Shown: piece by piece, positions 34,012 to 42,230 of the stretch
Position numbering within the stretch: position 1 is the stretch's first letter
Layout: every line of letters starts with the position of its first letter
From: an uncultured Gemmatimonadaceae bacterium
Lineage (GTDB): Bacteria; Gemmatimonadota; Gemmatimonadetes; Gemmatimonadales; Gemmatimonadaceae
Direction of reading: 5' to 3'
Length of the DNA: 53,769 nucleotides
Assembly: GCA_966111935.1 (NCBI GenBank)
Contig: CBHWBX010000001.1
Span: 1-53,769 of the forward strand
Translations under genes and position numbers: made by a program
The notes under the pieces: model-generated
Told to the model about the DNA's origin: nothing
What the model saw: only the letters and a program-made list of their open reading frames with translations
The model's database searches: none

Positions 34012-34320
34012 TTACTCCTGGCTGGCAGGGCGCTGGGCCTCGGCGGCGCGCTCTTCCGCGCGCTCGCGTTTCTGGCGTTCGAGGGCCTCGCGTTCCCCTG
34101 CGGAAATCACGGTGCGCAGTTGGTGCATGACATCGTCGAGCACCAAGCTTTTTGCCTGCGCGCGCTGGAGCTGCTCGGGCGTACTCGCCCGCTTGAAATC
34201 GTCGTAGTGCTGCTGCTCGACCAGTTTGAGGATCACCCCGCCCACCGGACTGTCGAGCAAATCGCGAAAGCGCTGGCAATCGCGGATGACTTGATCGACC
34301 GGGAAGAGGTCGAGGCTCAC
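34012..34320 (-). CDS. hypothetical protein (102 aa)
   Basis: ATGA-type overlap with the portal stop. Helical and charged. Confidence 0.5.
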   Translation of the reverse strand: MSLDLFPVDQVIRDCQRFRDLLDSPVGGVILKLVEQQHYDDFKRASTPEQLQRAQAKSLVLDDVMHQLRTVISAGEREALERQKRERAEERAAEAQRPASQE

Positions 34321-36578
34321 TCGGCTCCCTCACTGTCGGTCGACACGGTGAGCGCGGCATCGGCCGTATCCGCCGCGCGGCGATCCATTGCCTGATCGTG
34401 GGCGAAGCGGTCACGCTCAAGCGCGTGGCCGGTGATCTGGTCATGCGCCGCGAGCGTGAGCTCGGTTTCCTTCACTTCCTGCACGGCCGCGCGGTCGAGA
34501 TCCGCCTGGTTCGCGTCGAAGGTGTACTTTGCTTCGATCTCAAGCCGCTTGAGCGCGACGTCGTCGGCGTGCTGCTTGACCTTGAACCAGAACTCGCGCT
34601 CGTCGTTCTCGGCCTGGGCCTTGAGCTTGTCCTGCTCGATGGTCAGTTCCTTGATGACCTTGAGCCGGTTCATCTCGTGCTCGGCATGGATCGCCATCGT
34701 CGTCGGATCGGGCGGCGTCGGCGGCGGCGGCGGCGGCTGCCATCCCACTTGCAGCACGTCGGCGTTGTAGTAGGTACCGAAGTCCTTGATGCCTTGGAGC
34801 GACAGGATCTTCTGTCGCGTACCCATGATCTTCGGGAGCGGGACCACCGGACTATAGATCCCGCCGGTGGCTGCGGCGATCTCCTTCTGATCAGCCGCCA
34901 CGGCCATCAGCGTCGCGACCTTCTTGTCGACGAACGTGGTGCCGAGACCGATGTTGACCGTGACGTCCATGTCGGCGTCCCAGACCGATGGGTCGATCTC
35001 GACCCACGACCCGCGGAGGCGAATCATGCGCTTCCGCTGCTGGCGGGCCCTCACGACCCTAAGCAGTCCCTTGAAGAGCGGCTTGAGCGTCGTCTCGGCG
35101 AACACGCGAGCGATCATCTCGAGCTGTTCCTGGCTACCGCTCAACACGGCCCCGACAGCTTCCTTGCCCGTCGACTGGAGCGCATCGGCATCGAGGCCCG
35201 CGGTGCCCTTGTTGCGGCCCGTCCGGCGTTCGATGATCTCCTGCATCATCGCCACCAGCGGGATGGCATCCTTGCCGGTGAAGGGCACTTCGATCGGGCG
35301 AATGGCCGCGTTGACGTCACCACGCACGCGAATCGGCGCGCCGATCGCGGTGTTCATGATGTCCGCGACCGAGACGTTGCCTTCCGAGTACGCCGTGCGC
35401 GGGAAGATCGCCGCCGAGAGCGAATCGAGCGTCCCGCGCAGGAGCGAGGACGTAATGCGCTGCATGTCCATCGTCCGGTCAGCCACGGACCCGCCCAGGA
35501 GCGTATGCGGCTCGGGGTAGGGACTGAACGCGGCGAAGCCCATCGTGTCGTCGGCAGGCTCCCAGCTCACCGGGTAGTGCGTGGGCCCGATGCAGCACAC
35601 GCGACGCAGTTCCGCGACCCCGTCCCCGTCGACATCGATGTGCATCAACGCTTCGGTGTAGAGGATCTTCGCGTTGGCGGGGCCCATCTCCGGATCGGTC
35701 GTGTAGCCGAACCCCGCCGAGCGGCCGACGCCGGCGATGTCGCGGCGCGCGATCGCTTCGGCGTTCCCTTGCAGCGAGGCGTCCGTGCTGCCACTCCCCG
35801 CGCCGGCGTGCTCGTCGATGTCCTTCGCCGAGATGCCCATCGCGAGCAGTTCGCCACGGGTCTTGTCGGTGCGGTGCGCGCGGATCAACGCTTCATCGAG
35901 CGAGCGCGCTTCGCGGTTGAACACGAACTCTTCCGGCGGCAGATCCCACACGCGGACCTTGCCCTCGGTCTTGCGCGTGAGATCGACATTTCGCAGGCCA
36001 TCGGGCCGCTCTTCGAGTGCGCTGATCTCCACGGCATCGTCGGCGGCGAGCAGTTCGACCTGTTGCGGGTCGATGCCTTCGATGCGATACGCTTTCGTCT
36101 CGCTCGTCTCGTCCCACGCCCACTTGAAGACGCCGATCTTCCGCACCATGCCGTCTTTCAGTACGCACAGCGTCTTCAGGAACCCGCCGTTTTCCTCTTC
36201 GAACAGGTAGCGGATGTAGTCGGTGGCCTGCGCGGCCTGCTCGACCTGACTGGGGTTCGTCGGAACGAACTCGACGACATGCTCGGAACCGAAGAACACA
36301 CGGAGGAGGGACGGGAGCATCCCATCGACCGCGTCGCGCACTTCGGTGAGCACCACCTGCGAGCGGCCTTCCTCTTCGTTGCCGAACGGCTTGCCGAGGT
36401 AGTAGTTGGTCGCTTGCGCGCGTTCGTCCGACAGTTCGGTGTCGACGAATTGCACGCTTTGCGCGAGGGCGCTGCTGACGACGGCCCGAATGTCATCCTT
36501 CGCCATGGGCCCGTCGCCCTTCCGGGCCAAATACTCGGGCGGCGGCGAGCGGTCCGCCGTGCGATCCTGATAGGCCAA
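34317..36578 (-). CDS. portal protein (753 aa)
   Basis: Size and position between terL and scaffold. N-terminal YYLGKPFGNEEEGRSQVVLTEVRDAVDGMLPSLLRVF is portal-like. Confidence 0.8.
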   Translation of the reverse strand: MAYQDRTADRSPPPEYLARKGDGPMAKDDIRAVVSSALAQSVQFVDTELSDERAQATNYYLGKPFGNEEEGRSQVVLTEVRDAVDGMLPSLLRVFFGSEHVVEFVPTNPSQVEQAAQATDYIRYLFEEENGGFLKTLCVLKDGMVRKIGVFKWAWDETSETKAYRIEGIDPQQVELLAADDAVEISALEERPDGLRNVDLTRKTEGKVRVWDLPPEEFVFNREARSLDEALIRAHRTDKTRGELLAMGISAKDIDEHAGAGSGSTDASLQGNAEAIARRDIAGVGRSAGFGYTTDPEMGPANAKILYTEALMHIDVDGDGVAELRRVCCIGPTHYPVSWEPADDTMGFAAFSPYPEPHTLLGGSVADRTMDMQRITSSLLRGTLDSLSAAIFPRTAYSEGNVSVADIMNTAIGAPIRVRGDVNAAIRPIEVPFTGKDAIPLVAMMQEIIERRTGRNKGTAGLDADALQSTGKEAVGAVLSGSQEQLEMIARVFAETTLKPLFKGLLRVVRARQQRKRMIRLRGSWVEIDPSVWDADMDVTVNIGLGTTFVDKKVATLMAVAADQKEIAAATGGIYSPVVPLPKIMGTRQKILSLQGIKDFGTYYNADVLQVGWQPPPPPPTPPDPTTMAIHAEHEMNRLKVIKELTIEQDKLKAQAENDEREFWFKVKQHADDVALKRLEIEAKYTFDANQADLDRAAVQEVKETELTLAAHDQITGHALERDRFAHDQAMDRRAADTADAALTVSTDSEGAE

Positions 36579-36586
36579 CGGAATCC

Positions 36587-37015
36587 CTAGTCGTCGCGAC
36601 GGTGGAAGTGCGGAATGAACGCCTCGATGGCGTCGATCGCGGTCCTATGCGTCGTATCAGGGCGGGTCACCGCCGCGTTGAGCTGCGTCGAGCGGTAGCA
36701 CTCGGCCGACCGCTTCTCGATGCGGGCCCCGACCGGCAGGCGGGACGCCACGTCGCTCTTCGGGAGCAGCGTGATGCCTTCCGGCGTCACCAGGACCGCC
36801 CCTTCGGTCGTGACCACGATCTTCGACGGCACGCCCGCGAAATCGAGCATGTGCCCGCGGCGTGTCGGTGGCTCGGCGGGCGGGGCACCGACCACCGCCG
36901 GCGCTGGCGGCGCCTCGGGCGCGAGCAGGCGATCAACCGCCGCGGCCTGCGGCCGATTCCGGCGTGGCGACTGCTTCGGTGCGTGATGGATCGGCACGGG
37001 GGTCGGCTCGTCCAT
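36587..37015 (-). CDS. hypothetical protein (142 aa)
   Basis: Lies between terL and the portal gene. 1-nt overlap with the terL stop. Confidence 0.45.
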   Translation of the reverse strand: MDEPTPVPIHHAPKQSPRRNRPQAAAVDRLLAPEAPPAPAVVGAPPAEPPTRRGHMLDFAGVPSKIVVTTEGAVLVTPEGITLLPKSDVASRLPVGARIEKRSAECYRSTQLNAAVTRPDTTHRTAIDAIEAFIPHFHRRDD

Positions 37016-38436
37016 CAGACAATCCCGCCGATCTTGCGTTTCAGCGGCTCATTCCAGCTCGTCGCCGACTTGGAGCCGCCGATCGCGCTCACGGACTGGC
37101 CCGCGAGGGTCAGGAGCAGCGCATCGGCGCGATTCGGCGACTTCACGCCGCGCTTTTTCATCTCATCCTTCGATTCGACGAGGATTTTGCCGTTCGAGTG
37201 GTACTTGAAGCGGGGCATGACGAGCTCCGCGCCCGTCTCTTCATCGCCGCAGAGGTTGCAATCCTTCGCCTCGAGCCATTCGCGCGCCTTGAACCACAAC
37301 TCCGCGCGCAGGTTCGCGTACCGCTCCGTAAACACCGACGGTGATTCGGCGACATTCACCCCACGCGCCGGCACGCCGAGCTCGCGCAACCGATCCAGGA
37401 CGCCGGCGCCGATGCCGATGACGTCGACCAGCACTTCCGATGGCCGGTCCGAGGGTGCGCAGGCGTCGTATTCGCTCTTGACCCAGCCCGCGACGCGCAT
37501 GGTGTCCCAGCCCTTCTTCTCTTCGACGGGCCGGGAGAGGGCATTGCCGCGCCGGCGCGCCAAGGCACTCGAATCGTTACCGAACCGGGCGCAGTCGACA
37601 CCCCAGATTTCACGCACGTGCAGTGGCCGGACATCGCGCTTCAAGGCCGACTCCATCAGCTCGAACGGGATCACCGTGTCGTCGTCGCCCGTCGGGAACT
37701 CCCCGAGGACGCGCACCCGATAGGCGTTCGAGTCGGCGCCGTACTGCGCCTTCAACTGCGCGATGAAGTCCGGCGAGACGTTCGGGTGGTCTTCGCAGCT
37801 CACGTGCTGCGTCTTCCACAGCCCGCGGGCCCGGTGGAACGCGTGAAAGAAGAACCCGGTCGTGCGGACCGGGTTGCCTGCCATGATCGTCGTCGCGTTG
37901 TGCCCCGACATCGAGCCGGAGGCCGCTTCGAACACCGGATCCGGAATGCCGGACGCCTCGTCCGGGATCAACAGCACGTAGCCCGGGGAGTGCACCCCAG
38001 CCATCGCCTCGGGCGTCTCCGACTTCGACACGCGGAACGAGATAAACGACTCGTCCGGCGCCGCCTTGAGGTAGATCCCCTCGCTCTGAATGTCCAAGAG
38101 CGATGACAACGCCGGCGGCAACCCCTTCAACACCGCCTTCACTTCGGCCGCGAGCGCGTCCCAGAGCTGCGGCGCCGACGCCGAGGTGATCACCGTCTTC
38201 TGCGGGAACCGGCAGAGGATGTGATGCGCCGCGATCCACGCCAAACACGCCGATTTCCCGACGCCATGGCCCGACCGCTTCGCGATCCGACGCTCGCCCT
38301 GCCCGTACCACTGCAAAATTTCGATCTGGTCCGGGAACGGCTCTTTCCCAACCACCTCCCGGACAAACGCCACGGGATCGCGACCATACCGATCGAGAAA
38401 TTCCCCGAACGGATTCGACTGCGCGGCAGCACCCAA
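37015..38436 (-). CDS. terL: terminase large subunit
   Basis: Walker A-like RSGHGVGKSA and Walker B LLIPDEASG. The C-terminal nuclease half has WGVDCARFGND. TTG start at 38436. Confidence 0.9.
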   Translation of the reverse strand: MGAAAQSNPFGEFLDRYGRDPVAFVREVVGKEPFPDQIEILQWYGQGERRIAKRSGHGVGKSACLAWIAAHHILCRFPQKTVITSASAPQLWDALAAEVKAVLKGLPPALSSLLDIQSEGIYLKAAPDESFISFRVSKSETPEAMAGVHSPGYVLLIPDEASGIPDPVFEAASGSMSGHNATTIMAGNPVRTTGFFFHAFHRARGLWKTQHVSCEDHPNVSPDFIAQLKAQYGADSNAYRVRVLGEFPTGDDDTVIPFELMESALKRDVRPLHVREIWGVDCARFGNDSSALARRRGNALSRPVEEKKGWDTMRVAGWVKSEYDACAPSDRPSEVLVDVIGIGAGVLDRLRELGVPARGVNVAESPSVFTERYANLRAELWFKAREWLEAKDCNLCGDEETGAELVMPRFKYHSNGKILVESKDEMKKRGVKSPNRADALLLTLAGQSVSAIGGSKSATSWNEPLKRKIGGIV

Positions 38437-38440
38437 TGTC

Positions 38441-38875
38441 TTAGAGCGCCGTCAGGTTGATGAACATCGCGCCGGCCGTCCCGCCCGACTTCACCCGCAC
38501 TTGCCCACCCGGAGCACCCGCCAGATCCCACACGCCGGACCCATACTTCACGTCCGCCCCCGTCGCCGTCGCCGAGCTCCCCGCCGGGAAAACCACCTTG
38601 CCCGCGTAGTAGTAGTCCGACGACGTCAGCCCGGACTGACTGTTGGTCGCATCGAAGAGCCGCGGAAGCCACAGCTCCGCCGACACCCCGTTCGGCACCT
38701 GACTCGCCGTCCCCTCGATCCAGATCATCACCCGGTGGTACGACTGCGCCACCACCCCCGCCGGCACTCCTCCGAAGGTGATCACCTCGGTCGCGTAATC
38801 CCCGGACGCCGCCGGCACATTCACCTGCTGCCGATGCTGCGACTTCACCGGCAACGCCACGTTGTGTGCGCTCAT
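38441..38875 (-). CDS. hypothetical beta-rich protein (144 aa) between terS and terL
   Basis: Protein-like composition. Its stop lies 4 nt before the terL start. Confidence 0.5.
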   Translation of the reverse strand: MSAHNVALPVKSQHRQQVNVPAASGDYATEVITFGGVPAGVVAQSYHRVMIWIEGTASQVPNGVSAELWLPRLFDATNSQSGLTSSDYYYAGKVVFPAGSSATATGADVKYGSGVWDLAGAPGGQVRVKSGGTAGAMFINLTAL

Positions 38876-38911
38876 ACGCTCAGACTCTCAGGACCTAAGT
38901 GAACCACAGGT

Positions 38912-38923
38912 GAAAAATTTTTC
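38912..38923. promoter_or_regulatory. AT-rich perfect palindrome GAAAAATTTTTC upstream of gene 38441..38875
   Basis: Read directly. Conspicuous in GC-rich DNA. Lies in the 234-bp terS-downstream gap. Confidence 0.35.
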
Positions 38924-39109
38924 CGACCCTACCGACACCCGGCGATGAGGAACAGCGAGCCCGCAGGGTACCTGCCCGCTCCACCGGCCCGGCCCTCCGT
39001 CGAGCAGGGGGGGGGCTTTCGCCGATCCGACCCTGAGCCCCACGACCCCAGATCGGCTACTCGCCCGGCTGCGCATCGTCCCAGGTTTACAGAATGCAGC
39101 TTGTGCGTA

Positions 39110-39706
39110 CTACTCTGCGCTAACTGACGCAATGGCAACGTGTTGCGTACTGTCCGCCCCCTCCCCTCCAAGCACCGTCGCCACGCCGTGCAGGGCACTG
39201 GTTACTTTCGCCGCCCGAGAGCGCAAGGCGTCCAGGTGCAGCGAACCTATTGACACGTTGACACTTACGCCGTTCTTCTGGCCGAAGGCGCTCGGGTTGA
39301 AGCGCTCCGCGGTCCAGTGGCGTGTCGAGACGCGCAGCCTGGCTTTGGCGACCTCGCCGGCGACTCCGTCGACCGTGTCCGCGATCGATTGCGCCTCATC
39401 GACCATGCTATAGCTCGCGCGTGTACGTGCGTGCGTGAGCCGTTCGTCGACCGCGTCGAATCCGAACTGTTGACCCAAGTACCGTCGGATCATCTCGCCG
39501 GAGATCGTCCAGACTTCCTCGGGCTGGAGGTCGTACGGTCTGGTGTCCTTGGTGACCAGGTCTGCCAGCTCCTTGAGGGTGTGACCACTGGAGATCCAGA
39601 AGTCGACGTAGTCCAGGAGCGTAGCGTCTGGCTGGTCCTCCATCTCCATGGCGGCACGACGAGTGAGGTCGACGACCATGGCGGTGCGGCGAGGGCGGCC
39701 GGGCAT
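39110..39706 (-). CDS. terS: terminase small subunit-like protein
   Basis: KARLRVSTRHWTAERFNPSAFGQK resembles the conserved terS segment (K.R.d.rkW.a.k..P..YG.K). ATG 39706 is coupled (TAATG) to a small upstream ORF. Confidence 0.55.
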   Translation of the reverse strand: MPGRPRRTAMVVDLTRRAAMEMEDQPDATLLDYVDFWISSGHTLKELADLVTKDTRPYDLQPEEVWTISGEMIRRYLGQQFGFDAVDERLTHARTRASYSMVDEAQSIADTVDGVAGEVAKARLRVSTRHWTAERFNPSAFGQKNGVSVNVSIGSLHLDALRSRAAKVTSALHGVATVLGGEGADSTQHVAIASVSAE

Positions 39707-39798
39707 TAGCGACGCGGCGAGCAGCAGAGGCCGAGCAGGAGTCCGACGCCGGCGAGAAGACACAGCGCAGGAGTGATCGGGAGGATGACCGACAGCAT
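39706..39798 (-). CDS. possible small membrane peptide (30 aa)
   Basis: MLSVILPITPALCLLAGVGLLLGLCCSPRR. Its stop overlaps the terS-like start. Below the ORF-track cutoff as an independent ORF. Confidence 0.25.
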   Translation of the reverse strand: MLSVILPITPALCLLAGVGLLLGLCCSPRR

Positions 39799-39859
39799 CA
39801 GCGATACGGCGACCCGAAGGCCAGCCAGAGGAGGCAGAGGAACAGCGTCGCTAGATGCT

Positions 39860-40045
39860 TCACAGGTTCGGACCGGAGAAGCGGTGCGGCTGGGCGGAGG
39901 AGCAGTCAGCCGAGGCTTTGAGACCTGTGCCGGCACAGTCCGGGCAGTCGGTGCGTTCGATCGACGCGGGGAGTTGCTGGAGGCGGACGCCGCGACCGCG
40001 GCAGGCCGAGCAGTGCACATCGAGCACGACGCGACGCGGGATCAC
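39860..40045 (-). CDS. DnaJ-type zinc-finger mini-protein (61 aa)
   Basis: Two CxxCxGxG units (CSACRGRG, CPDCAGTG). GTG start overlaps the upstream stop (GTGA). Confidence 0.55.
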   Translation of the reverse strand: MIPRRVVLDVHCSACRGRGVRLQQLPASIERTDCPDCAGTGLKASADCSSAQPHRFSGPNL

Positions 40046-40263
40046 GGGAGCGCCTTCCCCGGGCGTCCGCGCTTCTTTCGGCCCGCACGATCGGCGAATC
40101 TGGCCTTGGCGACGCGGCCCTGATCGGCCAATCGCTCAAGATTGGGCCAGCGATTGAACGTCACCAGAGCGCCAGTCAGACGGTGCGAGGGGATGCGACG
40201 CTGGCGGGCGATGATCTCGTCATTCACGTTCGGGTACATAAAGCGCGTGACGAGGAAGCCCAT
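40042..40263 (-). CDS. hypothetical basic protein (73 aa)
   Basis: TAATG coupling at 40261-40265. Confidence 0.45.
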   Translation of the reverse strand: MGFLVTRFMYPNVNDEIIARQRRIPSHRLTGALVTFNRWPNLERLADQGRVAKARFADRAGRKKRGRPGKALP

Positions 40264-40553
40264 TATACCGCCGCAATCGCGCGAGAAAGCCCGCTGTGCC
40301 CCGAACGAAGCGCCTTGCGACGGAGTTCCTTCCGGCGGATCGCCTGCCGGCTCAGCGTGTCACGGGCGATGTCTGGGGCGAGTGCGCCGGGCGGGTTCGC
40401 CGAAGCGTTGAAGCGATCCCAGTTGAGCTGCGCGAGCCGGAGCCGGAGCCCGTCGACCGCGCGCAGCCGGTCCGTCAACGCCTGCGCGTCCTGCACATCC
40501 TGCCGTTCGATCTCGGCCGGCTCCTGCGAGCCAATGCGGGAACGTGATGTCAA
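40263..40553 (-). CDS. hypothetical protein (up to 96 aa)
   Basis: The TTG start at 40553 is uncertain. Coupled downstream. Confidence 0.4.
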   Translation of the reverse strand: MTSRSRIGSQEPAEIERQDVQDAQALTDRLRAVDGLRLRLAQLNWDRFNASANPPGALAPDIARDTLSRQAIRRKELRRKALRSGHSGLSRAIAAV

Positions 40554-40615
40554 GGTGCACGTAGTATGGCGTTCTCCGCAGCCACTGTCGCGCCCGCAAG
40601 ACTACGGGCACGGCA

Positions 40616-40849
40616 TTACGCCGCATCGGCCTTTGCTGGGTGCTGCCGCTCATAGCGTTCCACCCATCGAGCGATCACGCGCCGACGCGATTTGCGGCCC
40701 TTGCCGACGCCGATCTTTTTGCCGATGCGGTCAAGATAGTCTTGGACGGTCCGCGGGGAGATGCCGAGAATGTCGCCGATCAGCTTGTCGCTCAGGTCTT
40801 CGGCGACGAGGCGAGCGACCTCGAGCTCGCGGGCGGAAAGAGGGCCCAT
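40616..40849 (-). CDS. LuxR/GerE-type HTH regulator (77 aa)
   Basis: LSARELEVARLVAEDLSDKLIGDILGISPRTVQDYLDRIGKKIGV. Candidate late-gene activator by position. Confidence 0.7.
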   Translation of the reverse strand: MGPLSARELEVARLVAEDLSDKLIGDILGISPRTVQDYLDRIGKKIGVGKGRKSRRRVIARWVERYERQHPAKADAA

Positions 40850-40853
40850 GAGG

Positions 40854-41072
40854 TCAGGGAGTTTGAGAGAGACGCGCGATTTCAGCATCCAGCCGGCGCA
40901 CTTCGGCGCGGGCGAGGTATTCGGCGGCGAGATCGCGACGGTGTTTGGCTTCGATGACGCACATTGCCCAGCGGGCGCGCTCACCGTTGAGGGCGATGGA
41001 CTGGCGAGTGTGGTCGAGGATGGCTTGCAGTCGCCGCAGACTATCGAGGTGCGCTGTCGTCGTTTCAGCCAC
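40854..41072 (-). CDS. hypothetical coiled-coil protein (72 aa)
   Basis: Its stop lies 4 nt before the LuxR-type start. Confidence 0.45.
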   Translation of the reverse strand: MAETTTAHLDSLRRLQAILDHTRQSIALNGERARWAMCVIEAKHRRDLAAEYLARAEVRRLDAEIARLSQTP

Positions 41073-41208
41073 GGGGATCCCCGGACGGCAGTTTCGTCTC
41101 AGCCTTCATCGCGGCAGCGAACGCCTTGTCGGAGACGTACCTGAGCGTGCCGAAGCCGCTCACCGAATAGCCGATGAGTTGCGCGAACTGCTCCCAATCC
41201 TCGCGCAT
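41065..41208 (-). CDS. possible small protein (47 aa)
   Basis: MREDWEQFAQLIGYSVSGFGTLRYVSDKAF. The upstream part of the tracked ORF is Arg-rich and looks non-coding. Confidence 0.3.
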   Translation of the reverse strand: MREDWEQFAQLIGYSVSGFGTLRYVSDKAFAAAMKAETKLPSGDPRG

Positions 41209-41221
41209 CGAAGCGTCGGGG

Positions 41222-41398
41222 ATGTCCCTCCGACGCTTCGCTGAGCGCGTCCTGAGCCGCGATGAGCGGACGATCCGGCGCTGGGTGTCGGGCGCGATCC
41301 CCATCCCCGTCATCGCTCGGCGCTGGCTCACCTGGTTCGTCGGGATCTCCGAGCCGATGCGAGGCCGGCTCATGGCCGTCCTTGACCGCGACGACTGA
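41222..41398 (+). CDS. small HTH protein on the opposite strand (58 aa)
   Basis: MSLRRFAERVLSRDERTIRRWVSGAIPIPVIARRWL is far more protein-like than the antisense minus-strand frame. Confidence 0.4.
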   Translation: MSLRRFAERVLSRDERTIRRWVSGAIPIPVIARRWLTWFVGISEPMRGRLMAVLDRDD

Positions 41399-41416
41399 GC
41401 ATCCCCCGGGAACGTC

Positions 41417-41728
41417 TCACGCATCGGCGTTCTTCTCCTGCGGTGTCGGGGCGGGCGGCGCATCTTCGAGCTGGCGAATCCTCAGCGCCATCTGCTCAAT
41501 CGCGTCGGGCAGGTCGTAGAATTCGTCCATGATCCCGGCGATGCCGGTGTTGTCGAGCGCCTGCTGGGCGCGCTCCAACTCGTCGCGATCCCGGAAGGTC
41601 TCAAACAGGCCGCGCAGATTCTTCGTCTGCCGCTCCATCAGCCACTGCCAAAGCAGCGCGAGAAGGAGGAACGCGCAGCAGGCCCAGAGGGGCAGCGTGA
41701 TCGTATGGTTCCAGACGCTTTCTCGCAT
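41417..41728 (-). CDS. membrane protein (103 aa)
   Basis: TM ITLPLWACCAFLLLALLWQWL. ATG 41728 is coupled to the Lar stop (TGATG). Confidence 0.5.
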   Translation of the reverse strand: MRESVWNHTITLPLWACCAFLLLALLWQWLMERQTKNLRGLFETFRDRDELERAQQALDNTGIAGIMDEFYDLPDAIEQMALRIRQLEDAPPAPTPQEKNADA

Positions 41729-41970
41729 CAGGCGTTCTCCTGCGGTGGCGTTCCTGTGGGGGAGACGCGGGTGTTCCACCAGCGACGCGCGCCGCTCTCG
41801 GACTTCGCCCAGCCGCCTTCCGCCGCGCAGGCGTGGCAGGCGACCGAGTGCGCGTAGGCGTCGGGATCGTCGCGGAAGTTCTCGTAGCCGTCGCGCAGAA
41901 CCTTGCGCGGCATCGCCGCGTCGCCGCCGCAGAACGGGCACGGGAGCAACTTGTCGGGCGTCTCAGCCAT
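41728..41970 (-). CDS. Lar-family restriction alleviation protein
   Basis: LLPCPFCGG..(n)..VACHACAAEG..ARRWWNTR, the Lar-like zinc-ribbon pattern. Confidence 0.7.
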   Translation of the reverse strand: MAETPDKLLPCPFCGGDAAMPRKVLRDGYENFRDDPDAYAHSVACHACAAEGGWAKSESGARRWWNTRVSPTGTPPQENA

Positions 41971-42230
41971 CGGTCGTCTCCGTGTTCGTCGTTCCCGTCG
42001 GGGCGGGGGTGGACAGCGCGGCGTCGTACACCTCCTCAGCGATCAGCGAGAATGCCTCCCCCTGCTCGCCGCGCACGAACGGTAGGAACTCTGTGTGGTC
42101 GATTCCGGCGAGGTCGCGGGTCTCAGCCATCGGTCGTCTCCGTGTTCGTCGTTCCCGTCGGGGCGGAGGTGTACGACGCCGCGCACGAACGGTAGGAACT
42201 CTGTGTGGTCGATTCCGGCGAGGTCGCGGG
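41960..42230. repeat. imperfect tandem duplication (units of 160 and 110 bp) with an internal 18-nt inverted segment
   Basis: 41961-42006 = 42121-42166 (46 nt). 42068-42120 = 42178-42230 (53 nt). 42018-42035 is the reverse complement of 42165-42182. Confidence 0.9.
41963..42130 (-). CDS. chimeric small ORF created by the duplication (55 aa)
   Basis: MAET (the Lar start) fused to RDLAGIDHTEFLPFVRGEQGEAFSLIAEEVYDAALSTPAPTGTTNTETTDG. Translated by hand. Confidence 0.3.
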   Translation of the reverse strand: MAETRDLAGIDHTEFLPFVRGEQGEAFSLIAEEVYDAALSTPAPTGTTNTETTDG

